A stretch of DNA of 64,000 nt, from NCBI GenBank assembly GCA_964187785.1, contig OZ076414.1, positions 50,778,001 through 50,842,000 on the forward strand, in the 5' to 3' direction. The position numbers and the translations under genes were made by a program. How positions within the stretch are numbered: the first letter of the stretch is position 1; each line of letters starts with the position of its first letter. A model generated the notes under the pieces. It was not told the DNA's origin and searched no databases. It worked only from the letters and a program-made list of their open reading frames with translations. This document shows, piece by piece, positions 52,801-61,570 of the stretch. Source of the stretch: Amphiscolops sp. MND2022 (taxonomy: Eukaryota).

Positions 52801-54796
52801 GCATTCCTAACAAAGATCTTGCACGATTTTCTTGCAAGATCTTGCAAATTAATACATTTTTCTGCAAGACATCTTGCAAGGAAAAAAGTTTCCTTGCAAG
52901 ATTCTTTCAAGGAGGAAAATTTCATGAAAGTTTCTTTACAGGAAATTTTTCATTTTTTATATTCATTGTTCAAGACTTCAAGTTGACTACTGCATTGTGA
53001 CTATCAGATTGCTGACACAAACTGCGTTTATTTACTGCAGGATTCAACTACCAAAAAGATGCAAACTTTAGAAAATATCTCTAAATGTGTGATCTTAGTG
53101 AAGTTATTAGAATAGTAATAAGACATTTCAGTGACGGAACATTTAAAATACAGTTTCAAAGTATTCTGAGAACTTTGTTCAGATCAATAGTGTTCTATAC
53201 CGGTTAATGATTTGAAATTAAGCTGTGCATAATTTATTGATTGAAATTATTATTCAATTTGTTAAATTCCCCTTTTGAAATAATAGTTATTAACGTTTTT
53301 GACATTATACTCAAATCACGACTACGTTAACATAGTTTCTCAGTATGAAGTACATTGAATTCAAGAAAAACAATGCCTTGTAAGATCTTGCAAGAAAAAA
53401 AATTCCTTGCAAGGTCTTGTAAGGTCTTCCAAGATCCTTGCAAGGTATGCATTTATTCTCAACCAGGGTACTGAAGACGCCAGCTTCCACATCTGGTATG
53501 GTATTTTGGAATATACCATTCATTATCATTTCTGCACCTATATCGGAAAACTTCAATGTAGGGTCTGGGTCGTCCGATCCGGTCCCGGTACATCAGGTTA
53601 CAGGGCCATTTCCCAGAGCAAACTGGTTTCCAAGGTTACTGAACAAGTTTGGAAGGTAAACATTCACTTCGGTATCATTTTTCTCATTTTTATTTTTTGA
53701 GACAGCCGAGATCATCATTGAAGTTTTGTCAGAGTTTTGATTTTCTCTTCAGATTGGCTGCTTTGTGGTATCTGAAATTCAATTGCAACGTCATTTCTGT
53801 TTTTCTTATTTTTTGATCCAAAATGTAAGGGTGAATATTTGGATTCTTGTTCACTGGAATTCAAACATGCATTTTTCATTCATTCAAAAAAGCAATTATT
53901 TCATCTCAGCTTGTTTCTGATATTCGCTTTGTTTCTTGACATTGGGGTTTGCCGGAAATTATATATGAGTTTTTGCCTGTTTCAGACAAATCATATAAAC
54001 AGATCAAAAAACAAAAGAAGCACAAGACATGCACCTAGTAGAACACTTTTTTGTGGTTCATATTGTTTCGATTTATTGGTTTCCTTGTGCTTTGCGAACA
54101 TTAACTGCCACAAAATTCCTATATTTATTTTTTTCTCCTGTATCAGAACTTTTCTACTTTTCGGAAGTTTTTTTCACGATATGTTGAGCTTCGACTCGGG
54201 ACTTCGATTAATGTTTTTCGTTCCTCATTTCAACAATTTTAGTTGGCGCCAATTTTAAACAGTTTTGGAACAACAAATGTTCTTACTTTACATCGTTTGA
54301 CTATGTTTGATATTCACGAAGTTCATGATCAAAGAAGCAGAAAGCATGGAGAAAAAAAATTCTTTGGAGAAAGAAGAAAGTTTTTAACATCATGATAGCA
54401 CCTTTCAAAACTATCAACTCAGTCAAAGGACCTTTGAAATCTTTATAACATCAGAGTCTTGAATTCCTAATAATCTATTGTCATATGCGTAAGCAGTCAT
54501 ACAGTCAATCTTAGGTTGTATTTTAGGAATTAGTTCTTAGGATTTCTTTTTTCATCGTGTGTAGTTCAATTCTATATCATTCGATGCTTTAAAGGCAGCT
54601 CATAAAAAGTTAATTTGCAATAGAGCCAAATAAGATACTTTTCGTTTTTATGTTTTAGGTTGTGATTCGTCTCAAAAACCGACTGAAAGCTGCTTTCAAA
54701 TTATGTTTGTCTGGTAGGAGAAAGCGCAGATCCAACAATAACTCGCCAATGAGAGCAACTATCCCTAGAAGTAGCACAGCCAATAGTCGGTGTTGA
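4639..54796 (+). CDS. DEG/ENaC (amiloride-sensitive sodium channel / ASIC / degenerin family) subunit, 10 exons, 632 aa: join(4639..4870,5819..5980,6292..6531,8971..9249,10703..10824,12896..13128,21921..22101,44994..45110,47957..48151,54659..54796)
   Basis: All introns are GT..AG with matching phases (1,1,1,1,0,2,0,0,0), total 1899 nt, no internal stop. Family motifs occur in the correct order: TM1 (VLLFIIVSVSFGMLILTCEQVLREYL), FPDVIIC, EFVIDC..FGVC, GMKLNL..GVRVTVF, GIDISPG, Cys-rich thumb (CDQTC..LCNC..C..C..C..CKPSC), and TM2 LLSNIGGNMGMFLGLSL. Exons are GC-richer than the introns. Confidence 0.9.
5819..5980 (+). CDS. DEG/ENaC exon 2 (pre-TM1 and first half of TM1)
   Basis: Pyrimidine tract then AATAG|CT. 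Encodes SHVTSGDPSDVMMSPVKNGNCCQFCEAAEVVTAKRENSTLKNVLLFIIVSVSF. Donor TTTG|GTTAGC, 162 nt, phase 1 to 1. Confidence 0.85.
6292..6531 (+). CDS. DEG/ENaC exon 3 (end of TM1, FPxVxIC motif)
   Basis: TTTTCAG|GA acceptor, MLILTCEQVLREYLGEPFAVETTLVNETDINRKFPDVIICSH, donor CAAG|GTAAGC. Confidence 0.92.
7308..7385 (+). repeat. 15-bp tandem repeat (GGACATTACGCCCAA) x5, probably a transposon terminus
   Basis: Five near-identical adjacent units followed by degenerate units. No spacers. Confidence 0.8.
7963..8925 (-). mobile_element. Helentron/HINE-like element, long variant
   Basis: The reverse strand has TTTTTAGTCAGCGCTTTT at the 8925 end and TTTTTGAGCTTTAGGTATAGCGCCGACTT at the 7980 end, with the same internal units as the other copies. 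Confidence 0.55.
8971..9249 (+). CDS. DEG/ENaC exon 4 (extracellular finger/palm)
   Basis: CCATTTCAG|AC acceptor gives (D)IFSREGIDLETHYNNILW...DEFVIDCKIK...FMEDFVSNEFGVCQRIKL. Donor CCAG|GTCAGC, 279 nt, phase 1 to 1. Confidence 0.9.
10266..10562. repeat. ~300-bp foldback palindrome (MITE-like)
   Basis: Arms AAAAAAGTAGGATTTTTCATACAGCGGATTCATTT.. and ..AAATGAATCCGCTGTATGAAAAATCCTACTTTTTT. No spacer at the centre GTTGAAA|TTTCAAC (10412/10413). A few mismatches and one 3-nt indel. Confidence 0.9.
10703..10824 (+). CDS. DEG/ENaC exon 5
   Basis: TTTTAG|GT acceptor, (G)AVYGMKLNLFMNTKDTSGQLTSSTGVRVTVFDPEFPKIPQ, donor CAA|GTAAGT. Not in the ORF track because it is short. Confidence 0.9.
11902..12332. 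repeat. Tandem duplication of a ~215-bp unit (2 copies)
   Basis: ATGACACTTTCTGGTG...GGAAATGTGCCATGT starts at 11902 and at 12117. The copies differ by one substitution and one T in a homopolymer. Confidence 0.9.
12896..13128 (+). CDS. DEG/ENaC exon 6
   Basis: CATTTCAG|AAC acceptor, NNGIDISPGTALSIAFNRVEY...HRFECVDSRD...EYATASEMLCDQTCAS. Phase-2 donor TCCAT|GTTAGT joins exon 7 as CDQTCASILLQELCNC. Confidence 0.88.
15013..15543 (+). mobile_element. Helentron/HINE-like element
   Basis: 5' TTTTTCGTCGGCG, internal TTTTTCGGCACT(G/A)TG(A/C)GACT units, 3' GATGGCGCCGACTGGGGCCGTTCCTGGCTTGTT. Confidence 0.55.
17518..17589 (+). pseudogene. tRNA-Glu(TTC)-like pseudogene or tRNA-derived SINE head
   Basis: A box TGGTCTAGTGG, B box GTTCGAACC, D stem GTCT/AGAT, acceptor stem GCGTTCG/CGTATGC with one mismatch. 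TTC sits in the anticodon loop but the anticodon stem is broken. A T-run follows at 17594-17599. Confidence 0.5.
17615..18200 (+). repeat. Internal tandem array of the HINE-like family (termini not evident)
   Basis: Repeated AAAGGGT(T/C)C..TTCAATTTTTTGAT..TTTGCAA and GGCACTATGAGACT units shared with the other copies. Confidence 0.6.
20799..21123. repeat. Three concatenated foldback palindromes built from HINE internal sequence
   Basis: P1 spans 20799-20886 with centre 20842/20843. P2 spans 20885-20965 with a perfect 64-bp core at 20893-20956. P3 spans 20968-21123. Confidence 0.9.
21157..21523 (+). mobile_element. Helentron/HINE-like element nested in an older copy whose 3' end lies at ~21770
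   Basis: 5' TTTTTAGTCGGCGCT and 3' GGCGCCGACTTG-GGCCGGTCCCGGCT-TGTT. Near-identical to the inverted copy at 59841..60339, which has extra internal units. Confidence 0.7.
21921..22101 (+). CDS. DEG/ENaC exon 7 (Cys-rich thumb)
   Basis: TTTGTTTCAG|A acceptor, LLQELCNCSTMHFFGDDICSPGTNREHGKCVRSNMEYLKESHQQCAREMCKPSCKNVEFE, donor GAG|GTCAGC. Confidence 0.92.
22143..22334 (+). repeat. Gypsy 5' LTR (192 bp)
   Basis: TGTAGAGGAG...TCTACAACA. I found no difference from 27800..27991 by eye. Confidence 0.95.
22335..22344 (+). promoter_or_regulatory. Primer-binding site complementary to the 3' end of tRNA-Ser
   Basis: TGGCGCAGTC immediately follows the LTR. It is the complement of ...GACTGCG-CCA, the 3' end of invertebrate tRNA-Ser(AGA). 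Confidence 0.7.
22373..24997 (+). pseudogene. gag-pol: Gypsy gag-PR-RT-RNase H reading frame, interrupted by in-frame TAA at 22988-22990 and a +1 A at 24971-24974
   Basis: Gag (RAQFFNIKQEEGETLDEYW..CEFG) continues in the same frame past the TAA. It then encodes Zn knuckles CHFCGKSNWTPEHIC and CNNCKKSGHFAKVC, protease IDTGS, RT (KIDLDYAYGQ, FGLAD-like FYGLAD, WLDD) and RNase H (TDAC, NELELLG, TEH). Confidence 0.9.
25026..27662 (+). CDS. pol: Gypsy pol C-terminal part: RNase H end, long linker, integrase (HHCC and DDE) and tail
   Basis: Removing one A restores AHKQYSARLTRWLDRLSHFDVNV into this frame. Integrase motifs are H-SG-H...CPSC, QLDFAGP, TIRTDNGSCF and GLVERTIRT. The frame ends RRSNRIKTAKRVVKMGGIEYF*. 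Confidence 0.9.
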   Translation: MNVPYTAGKNIPLTDYLSRHPIVNELGTEELNANEEKEAEEEFVINQIYGLFEFNRTNGSITQYIKRPHSATNSNQSQCRARTREQNSRERSNQTFTSSDNTELIDNSKHLSKLTEMSKLEKVNGIDLQFIFKKRGHSPETGRLRTERLKLLQPNKTRIVGKGSENERIQDYRPTQQERKEIERINILIYNRFFNYCETIGTTPLKEFNENVHESWISNPSDNESQVSHLKTEKCPISVLKKFKRHESVNLIRLKQTAKLNTLPEDRNQKTAETIRRAEKDFALDLPLLVEETAQDTKILDAIIALEAGRAEDLFYPYRPHREHLGTRFGLLFYNDRIVIPETMRSTIIAMLHSGHVSVTKMDKSAEAFWWPGLHREIREKAETCPSCRTAGKNLKTQIPQTEVNRLEILTEPGQEIQLDFAGPIKSKSRGDVYILVAVDRFSKWPTAQICKRTDSRTVIKFLTKYCADNGTPRTIRTDNGSCFKSQEFKIYCKGENIKRIRSTPNLHTGTGLVERTIRTIKSLTRANLEDGLTFEESVTRAIKTIRQTIHSTLKMTPFQLHYGRKPRTPITNLIGQPTCLLTDWKKTITNYILAQPAELQVYTIQDSDGELADYLVLNESRKRGRSVSGDFKNYKFFEKETKPNAMKCRFKTDKILTAAKETKHTITTTEGKLIHKKLASKPLKFQPSKKPDETRKPTTRCKRCGRFSNGDLCDTHKRLYHKQNDQKKPTSAMTFPTMPAERPKIIPDITTISTDSHSDHTEELPSTADIDPELTVTADIRYASGQPEEQKATDTPAISSPIGCSTERVPKRKTAGRDDTPTGSPNKTNSPAKRGLVDFGLERGGNIENIEGDGGIRRSNRIKTAKRVVKMGGIEYF
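27787..27799 (+). promoter_or_regulatory. Gypsy polypurine tract
   Basis: GAGGAGGGGGGAG directly precedes the 3' LTR TG. Confidence 0.9.
27800..27991 (+). repeat. Gypsy 3' LTR (192 bp)
   Basis: Direct repeat of 22143..22334, followed by TSD CATC. Confidence 0.95.
29011..29160 (-). repeat. BEL 3' LTR (150 bp, possibly truncated)
   Basis: Begins TGTCAATG on the minus strand and contains AATAAA, but ends ..TTATA rather than CA. Confidence 0.85.
29254..35318 (-). pseudogene. gag-pol: BEL/Pao gag-pol polyprotein with TAG at 35094-35096, a frameshift in a T7 run at 32521-32527, and TGA at 29965-29967
   Basis: DUF1759-type gag (IPKFDGDPLAFHDW), three Cys/His knuckles (CPICAAPHFVYKC, CYNCLGNSHLKPDC, CQEPNCGASHHTSLH), protease LIDPGS, RT (ADIEGMFMQV, FYMDD), Pao RNase H (VFTDAS, WTDS, NPAD), integrase (GVDAFGP, RSDNG, GGAWERLI) and a DUF5641-like end. 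Both stop codons are in frame with the flanking ORFs. Confidence 0.92.
35897..35910 (-). promoter_or_regulatory. Probable BEL primer-binding site
   Basis: The minus strand reads ..GGACA-AAAG-TGGTTCTTCAACGA, resembling the tRNA-Tyr-type PBS (TGGTCCTTCGA) common in BEL/Pao elements. Confidence 0.6.
35915..36333 (-). repeat. BEL 5' LTR, inferred full length 419 bp (TGTCA..GGACA)
   Basis: Canonical TG/CA ends with the PBS 4 nt downstream. Only the outer 150 bp are shared with the 3' LTR. Confidence 0.6.
38506..39473 (+). mobile_element. Head-to-tail tandem of HINE-like elements
   Basis: A duplicated 57-bp 5' end (TTTTTAGTCGGCGCTTTTCTTAAGAAAAG.. x2) is followed by two ~430-bp bodies, each ending AGCGCCGACTTG-AGACGTTCCCGTCT-TGTT (hairpins at 39033-39046 and 39453-39466). 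Confidence 0.8.
40171..40381. repeat. ~210-bp foldback palindrome (MITE-like)
   Basis: AGCGTATTTTCAGCCAAAAAC.. and ..GTTTTTGGCTGAAAATACGCT, centre GTGAACT|AGTTCAC (40276/40277). The right 11 bp are tandemly duplicated. Confidence 0.85.
44994..45110 (+). CDS. DEG/ENaC exon 8
   Basis: GTGTTTCAG|GTC acceptor, VKTNQAMFPSDQFLPIFINQIIANSSDSSPFIKQHVREL, donor CTG|GTTAGA, phase 0 to 0. It lies at the expected post-thumb position. Confidence 0.85.
46793..47330 (+). mobile_element. Decayed LINE (CR1/L2/Jockey-like) apurinic-endonuclease fragment
   Basis: Motifs IFITESWL, LDGYQ*..RKNGTRVGV, LFGDFNID (47124-47135), PTRVTTTSSTSLDHV and ISDQ occur in APE order, with stops and frameshifts. Confidence 0.8.
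47957..48151 (+). CDS. DEG/ENaC exon 9 (beta12 and TM2)
   Basis: TTCTCTAG|GTG acceptor, VRDTKLTADNFDELRQEFVHLHFYSASSDTLHIEEKSIYTFWSLLSNIGGNMGMFLGLSLVGFFK. Donor AAG|GTTACT, or read-through to TAA at 48182-48184. Confidence 0.92.
52784..53468. mobile_element. TIR MITE with AAGATCTTGC subterminal repeats, flanked by TA
   Basis: The left end C(G)CTGGTTGGAAAAAATGCAT matches the reverse complement of the right end, CCCTGGTTGAGAATAAATGCAT. TA lies on both sides. Related AAGATCTT-rich patches occur at ~12680, 28020, 42680, 43500, 48250 and 51200. Confidence 0.6.
54659..54796 (+). CDS. DEG/ENaC exon 10 (cytoplasmic C-terminus)
   Basis: Strong acceptor TTTTCGTTTTTATGTTTTAG|GTT, phase 0, VVIRLKNRLKAAFKLCLSGRRKRRSNNNSPMRATIPRSSTANSRC*. 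AATAAA lies ~100 nt downstream. The tail has no diagnostic motif. Confidence 0.68.
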   Translation, partial: VVIRLKNRLKAAFKLCLSGRRKRRSNNNSPMRATIPRSSTANSRC

Positions 54797-54893
54797 TATC
54801 ACGATACCCGAATACCCGAGGTTCAACAATTCAGTTCAAATGAAATTATGCGCAAATTCAACAACTGACCAACGATGATACCGCTTTCAAATC

Positions 54894-54899
54894 AATAAA
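54894..54899 (+). terminator. Putative polyadenylation signal of the channel gene
   Basis: AATAAA 98 nt after the exon-10 stop codon. Confidence 0.45.
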
Positions 54900-57800
54900 T
54901 AGAAAATTATAAACTGTAGAATAATCCACGAAGTGTGATTATCGACCTGGGATCATTTCGGGTTGTCACAATTTTTTTGGTCTAGTGAAAAAGAAATCTG
55001 TTTCGAATATCCTGAAGTACAGACTCTTTCGTCAGGGTCCGTCCAACTATTTTTGCTCAACTAACCATCATTCACAAAAATATGATACTTTTAGTTTAGT
55101 TATTTCATTATTTTTTCTAATCTAATGGAGTCAGTAAAAATATTTTGTATCTAATTGTTTTTAATGGCGAAGAGCTCCAAAGATCTTCAGTTGGCATAGA
55201 ATACTCGGTTCCTGTTGGTAGATTTTTTGTTCAATCAATTTGTAAAACTTTTTTGGTTGACTTTTCAGGTTGTCCGGTTATAGATTCCCGTCCATGATTC
55301 ATCGCACGCCATGCCATCAACCATGAATGCGAATCCGTGGAATATCCATGATGCATGGACGATTATCATGCATGAATCATGGAAATATCAACAGTAGAAC
55401 ATCAATTCTTGGTAGAACACCAATACATTCCTAATATTCGACAATATTAACAAGAGAGGAAGAACTGAAGAACTGTATTGATTTCGATTAACAACATCTG
55501 CTTAGATACCATCAAGTTTCTTTTCTATAAAAATACTGTGTGCTCAAATGAAGCATAAGATTAATTTCGAACAAACTTCAAGTTGATATTAGATTTTTCC
55601 CAACAGTATACATAAATTTCTGGCAAAACTGTGGTATCCACACTGTTTTCGAACACGCAGAACTTCTCCTGATATTAGCTCAGTGGAATGCATAAACTAT
55701 CGGCTGTCTTATAACATGCCAATTTATCATGGAATTTCCCTGATTGCTCATGGATGAATCCTGTGTCGTCATAGATGAATCAGGCAATGACCATCTATGA
55801 CTCAGAACTCTTTGATGTTTTTCATATGTTATGATTTTACTATATAGATTATTGTTCTCCATAAGAGATTATACTGAATCCGAGTTGGTTTCATAAATTT
55901 TTTGAAAAAATTACGATATAAGCTGAAGATGGAGCAGGGGATCATTCCATTTTGAAGCTATTTAGATGTTACAAAACCGTTCAAATAGTTTGCATCTAAG
56001 CATTGTCCCTTTTGTTAGAGCCATACCCGCTTTTTAACGAGATTTTGGCTTCATTCGAGATTTATCATGAGTAAATCAGCATCAAATAACAAACATTATG
56101 ATTTTCTCATATTTTCAAAAGAAATTTTCCCACTGGTTGAGGAACCTATGTTCATTGCATGATTTGAATGGTTTGTTTACAGTATAGTCATTCTATGACT
56201 GAAGGGATTTCATACCGTATATGATTTATTATGACCTACATTTTTGTATTGAATTCAGCGGGGATATTTTATTAACCTTTCTCAAAAGATTGAAAACGTC
56301 GAACGAAAAAATCTTGAGTCGTCAGATAAACGCTGTTGTAAACGCGGCTACTAAAAGTATCCGACTTGAAAGCGTCGTCTGATTTCTAGAACGTGATGTA
56401 TTGAATTTGTACGTGGTGAGTCTTTTGTTTTTTAAAGCGAATCTATTCATTCAAAAAGAGAAGCCGCGGCTAATAAAAGATGAATTCGCCCTGGCCCTGT
56501 TTGGATGGTGCTCCTGAGTTAGCACGGGTAGGGAAGGAACCGCATTGTCTTGGTAAAGTATCTATTATGTAATAACAGCTGCAAAGAGAGCATGCAGGAG
56601 GTTTGACAGGTCCGATTGTAAAGAAACAAGCATAGATTATTTGAATCAATTTTTCAAACTGATATACGTCATTAACATAAAAAACATCTTCGTAGAAACG
56701 TCAGTAAGACACGTAAATCGCGAATGAGCCCATTTAATGCTTCCACGCGTTCCTCAATTCATGTTTGTTTTACCATCTGCGTAATAAAGTTCAACATGCA
56801 TGACTTGTCAACATTTTTCAGTCCCTCGTTTACGCACTTTTCTATAAGTCCTCAAAACTTTCGTACAATGTTCATTCTGAAGCATATGTGTATGTTATGC
56901 ATCATCAAAAGCCTGCGTGAGGAAAATGACTTGATCTGCTTAGGTGGAAAGCGCACCATTATAGCCCGTCGCCCTTAAGTGGGCTAGAGGCCCGCCTTTT
57001 TGTAAAAACTGCTCGGCTTTTCTGGCAATTGTATGCGGTGGTGACTCCTGGATTTTTTATTCTGAGAAAAATAACTAGGAAAATTCTGGGAAAAATAAAT
57101 GCTCTTTGCTTGGTGTTACGTAACACTCCATTGACCAGTGAAACCAAAGATCTAGGGACCTGAGTACTCGGAGGCAAACGAAGTTGACAATGATGGCGAG
57201 TTTGAGTTTTTGCAAGACACGGTTGGGAATTTTCGAACTTCTACATTACTTCTTTGTAGAATCTTGAGGATGGAACTTCCTAGAAATAGGCACACAAAAT
57301 AGTCGACAATTTTATGTTTCCACATATCAATTGACTCTATATCTAGAACGTTTGGTTTTGACTCTTTTGTTTTTTAGATGGTTCAGATATTCATATGCTT
57401 CTTGCATGCATGCTACATAATGGTTTTGCAGATGCTAAATTGGAAGCATTGGAAACACAGAAAAGAGAATCAATTTATGTCGAAATATCATCTGCTTCAA
57501 TCGAGCAACACTCGACTGAAAAATTTCTGACAAGTTTATTAAATTTTCATCAACTTAAAACATACAACAGGGTGCAGAATTGGCAACCTCAGAGATGGAA
57601 AACGGAATAAAATCTAAAGGAATAAGATCTAAAATTTTGACATGCTCAACTTCGAAAAGTGAATAAAATATCTAAAATGGACTTGAGTAGGATCTATAAT
57701 TCCGAAATCGGAAAAAATCTGTAAAAAAATAAAAGTGATTTAAAGTATAAAACTATGAAACGTGCCTCGGATTTGTCCCCTTTTAATCTAGTGCTCACTG

Positions 57801-58669
57801 CCCCTTGGGGCCGCTCATGTTACCATCTAGCTGAGCCAGGTCGAACAAGAGCAAAAACCTAGGGAACGGAAATCGCGAAGAGATCGTAGTGGGAGCTGAT
57901 CTTTGCGACGGCGTGGGCGAGCGTGCATATACCGCTTATACCCCACAGTAGGTGGGAAAGTACTTGAAATATTTATGATGGTAAATAGGGACATTTACGA
58001 ATGAGGAAAACTGTTCTTCAAGAAAACGATTTTAGATCTCCTTCCCTGAAGATCTTATTCAAGTCTTATTTTACATCTTATTATCTTTAGATCTTATTTC
58101 TGTCCTGAAATTTTGATTCTTATTCCCCTCAGATCTTATACCCTTTTTGATTCCTTAGATTTTATTCTCCCTCCCCCTCATAGTGCGTCCACTACCATGC
58201 AAATATGAAAAGCGCCCGTCCGTCTAACTGTTTATGATCAGATCTAGGAAATTGATTCTAGGTAAAACATAATCGCCGGAAATAGTGTTTCTCTCAATGG
58301 TTTTCGAAAGAGTTTTCGAGTTTTTTAAAAGTAGCATGGTATGTTTTCAAGACGGTACAAAATTGTGTCTAATACATTTTATGAATTAATTTATGATTAA
58401 TGATAATTGCATTATATGATGAAATCAGCTTATAGTTATAAAATACGAAGGCGTGCATAAATATTTTACGGCAATTTGATAACTACAATCTGATTTCATC
58501 AAAGAAACGATGAAATCGACTATTTTTCTCATTTATCATTCATGTTTTAATGACCAGCTCTCCTTCGTATTAAAAAAATTCTCGGTAACAAGAAAACGTT
58601 CTGGCGTCGCAATATGACCCCTTTCTGAAAACTTATGCATCGTGAGAGTTTTCGCACACTTTAGCTACA

Positions 58670-59400
58670 TGGGATCGTCGAAGGTCGGCGCTATAACAAA
58701 GGCTCAATAAGCGCAACGTTTTGTTACTATGCCCAGGACATTTTTATGCAAAACTCAAAAAACAGTCCAGAAACACCTAATAAATGCTTTTAGTGCTCAG
58801 AAAACGCTTCAGAAGTTCAGATATAGCGTGCAGAGACAAATGCGAGAGCATTTTTAACTCATACACTTCCTCCTCAGTAACACGCAAACTATTTCGGATG
58901 TAACGTCAAAAGTTCCTAAATAGCGTGCTGGGACAAAGAGGAGCGCTTGTTTTGAACCACCGACTCCTCCGTAGTGAAACGCAATATTGATTTGCGAATA
59001 ACGTCAAAAATTGGGACATAGCGCTTTACTTTAGATATTTCGTCACCAACTCGCAGAGAATTGAAAACAATATTGGTGGATATCTATTGAGGAAACCCTT
59101 TATCAGACAGAAATTGAGAATTTAGAACAGTCTCAAAGAGCAGAAAAACCCATAAAAAGGGAACCCTTCGTGATTTTTCAACATTCATTCAATGGCAGGG
59201 GACCCTTTAGAGACCATGATCATCCCTAACCCTTTCGAGACAGTATAAATCATCGGAAAAATCTCACAAAGTCTCAACAAGGAAGGGGAAGTCTCAGAAA
59301 GCCGAACAAATTGAAAGGGGGTCCCTTCTGCTTCGAAATGATCTGTATTTTATGTTAGAGGTTTGGATGGCTCAAAATCAAGTACTGAGAATTTATGGTA
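58670..59400 (-). mobile_element. Degenerate HINE-like element
   Basis: GTCGGCGCTATAACAAAGGCTCAA at 58684 is the reverse 3' subterminal motif. The body is similar to 7980-8500. Confidence 0.5.
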
Positions 59401-59840
59401 AAAGTGCACGAAGTGCACAAAAACAGGACAATTCAGACAAAATTTCAAAAACCTTGTCACTATATTAGTTGAGTTTTTCCTCGAGAGAATAGCTCTGTTT
59501 AAAAAACAGCACTCAATCTAACTTGAAAGATTGTTTTTCGAAGTTTCAGCGGGATGACAAATTGAGACGATCACGTCTATTCTATTATGTATTTTCAAAT
59601 TCTCAAGGGTTGACATATCAACAAGCCGCCAGCTAAACACCGGGATATTTTCTGCTTTTTCAAGTAAAGTCAGGCGGAGGCGAGATTTGAACCCACAACC
59701 TACTGATTGATAGTAACTGAAGAAGTCAAGTAACTACAATAGTCAAGTAGTTACATTAGTAGCTAAACTCTAGAATTTACTACTAGAATTTAGCTACCAA
59801 TAGTAACTACTCGACTGTTTTATTTACTAGTAACCATAAA

Positions 59841-60339
59841 AAGCCGGGACCGGCCCAAGTTGGCGCCATATCTAAGGCTCAAAAATAGCAAAAGGACTTC
59901 AATATGTCAAAGTATTGGTGAGTTGGGGACACTTTTATGAAAGAAAATATTCGGAAAACAAGTCTCACAATGCCGAAAAAAACTGAAAGGAGGAACCTTT
60001 GGGGGTTTTCAAGATCCATTTTGTCGCAAAACATCAAAAAATTGAAGGGGGGACCCTTTGGGAAAAAATTTTTTCCCGGAAAAAAGTCTCACAATGCCGA
60101 AAAAAACTGAAAGGGGGGACCCTTTGGTCTCGCCCGGTATGGTATGTTACGCGGGAAAACAGGAAAAACATTTTTGGTTCAGTTCGCTAGGCCAAATAGT
60201 GCAATTTGGTGCAATAATATTTTGTAGAACTTTAGTAGAACTATTTTGGTCAGTTCAGGTGGTCTTTAAAAAACACTGACGAAAAGCCATGACTATAGTC
60301 GACTCTTTTCAAAGAAAAAAGAAAAGCGCCGACTAAAAA
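59841..60339 (-). mobile_element. Helentron/HINE-like element (inverted relative of 21157..21523)
   Basis: AGCCGGGACCGGCCCAAGTTGGCGCC at the left and AAAAGCGCCGACTAAAAA at the right. The body closely matches the 21157 copy apart from additional internal units. Confidence 0.75.
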
Positions 60340-60997
60340 TAATCAAGTACTGGTGGATGGAGATAGTGACGATTTGCGGAAACTTGGAAAAAACGCAGCA
60401 CACATCATGATTTTCCTCCCCCATTAAATGTGGGCGGAAAATGATAACTTTAGATATTACGAAAATTGGTATGTCAAAGGGTTGTTAATCTTGATAATGG
60501 TGAAATTGGAAAGTAATAATTTTCCTACAGCTATGTGACTAAACGAGATTCAGTAGTCAACTTACATCTTATTGCAGTTCTCAATTGTCATTTCCTGTAA
60601 TTTGTTAAATGTTGTCATACTGAAATCGATTTACTCGGATCTGCCAAAAACGAGAACCTAATGAAAACCTAATTTACTATTCAATTTGTTATTTTCTAGG
60701 AGTCTTCTAGAACGTTAGAATGTCGAGGTAGGAAAAATTTTCCCAAAACTCAAACTCTATCAGAGAAGTATAAAGTGTAAATAAAGCTTTTGCTTCGCTG
60801 ACTAGCTTGGCTAGTTTTCTCTCCAAAGTCTTAATCAGCTCAAATAGTTCAATCAGAAAAATGGAGACACTAAAACAAAATTAATTTCATTGGAAACAAT
60901 ACAAAAGGTTTTTATAAAGATCAATCAGTCACAACCAAATTGGATAATTTAAATTCACAATTCAGCCACTTGTAAATGTCATGACTGTTGGTCAACA

Positions 60998-61570
60998 TGT
61001 CGCGATCATCCCGTCGGTCTAACGAACTAAATGAGCCGTCGCTTGATCTGGGATGATTGTTAGAATTTATTGAACTAGGATTTTGAATGTTTTTCCAAGC
61101 ATTTTGATGCTTTTTACCTTCGGTGGTCCTGCTTAGTCTATTGGACCTGTGGTCCACTTCTTCCCGAAACACAGGATTTTGACTAGATGAAGTATTTTGG
61201 ATATTTGGAAGGATTCTCTCACTGATTAGTGAATTTATTGTCTCAGCTATTTGGGAATTTAAGTCTCTTTTCAATTCCTCCATTTTCCTGGAAACTTCTG
61301 CATTTACTAGCCTCATGGTCTCAATGGTAGATTCACTGTTTCCCTACTATTTGAATTTGAAAGCGATCTGAAATCCTCGCTATTTTGAACTACGTCTCCC
61401 CTAGTCCTGTCGGACGCAAGGTCCACTTCATCATTTCTATCACCAGAATTACTTTTCATCTCATTTCTTGAGTATGAACCAAACATCACATCTACATCTT
61501 CTACATCAGACATCAAGTCTACTTGTCTTGAGCGCATTTCTTTCGTTCTTTGCTTTCTGGTTGAAGGCAT
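60998..61570 (-). pseudogene. Gag-like N-terminal ORF (MPSTRKQRTKEMRSRQVDLMSD...) with a 1-bp deletion near 61340
   Basis: Adding one A to GGGAAACAG joins ORFs 61313..61570 and 60921..61316 as SRENSESTIETMRLVNAEV. A homologous fragment lies at 2110..2350. The gag assignment is from recollection of similar elements and was not verified. Confidence 0.55.

Noticed and set aside
54300-54480. Second LINE endonuclease fragment (..FEIFITSES*)
   Set aside because: Only one weak motif is present, which is insufficient to call.
15217-60279. Short Phe/Lys-rich ORFs in the ORF track (e.g. 15217, 17828, 38886, 39276, 60058)
   Set aside because: They are translations of the A/T-run-rich HINE repeat units, not genes.
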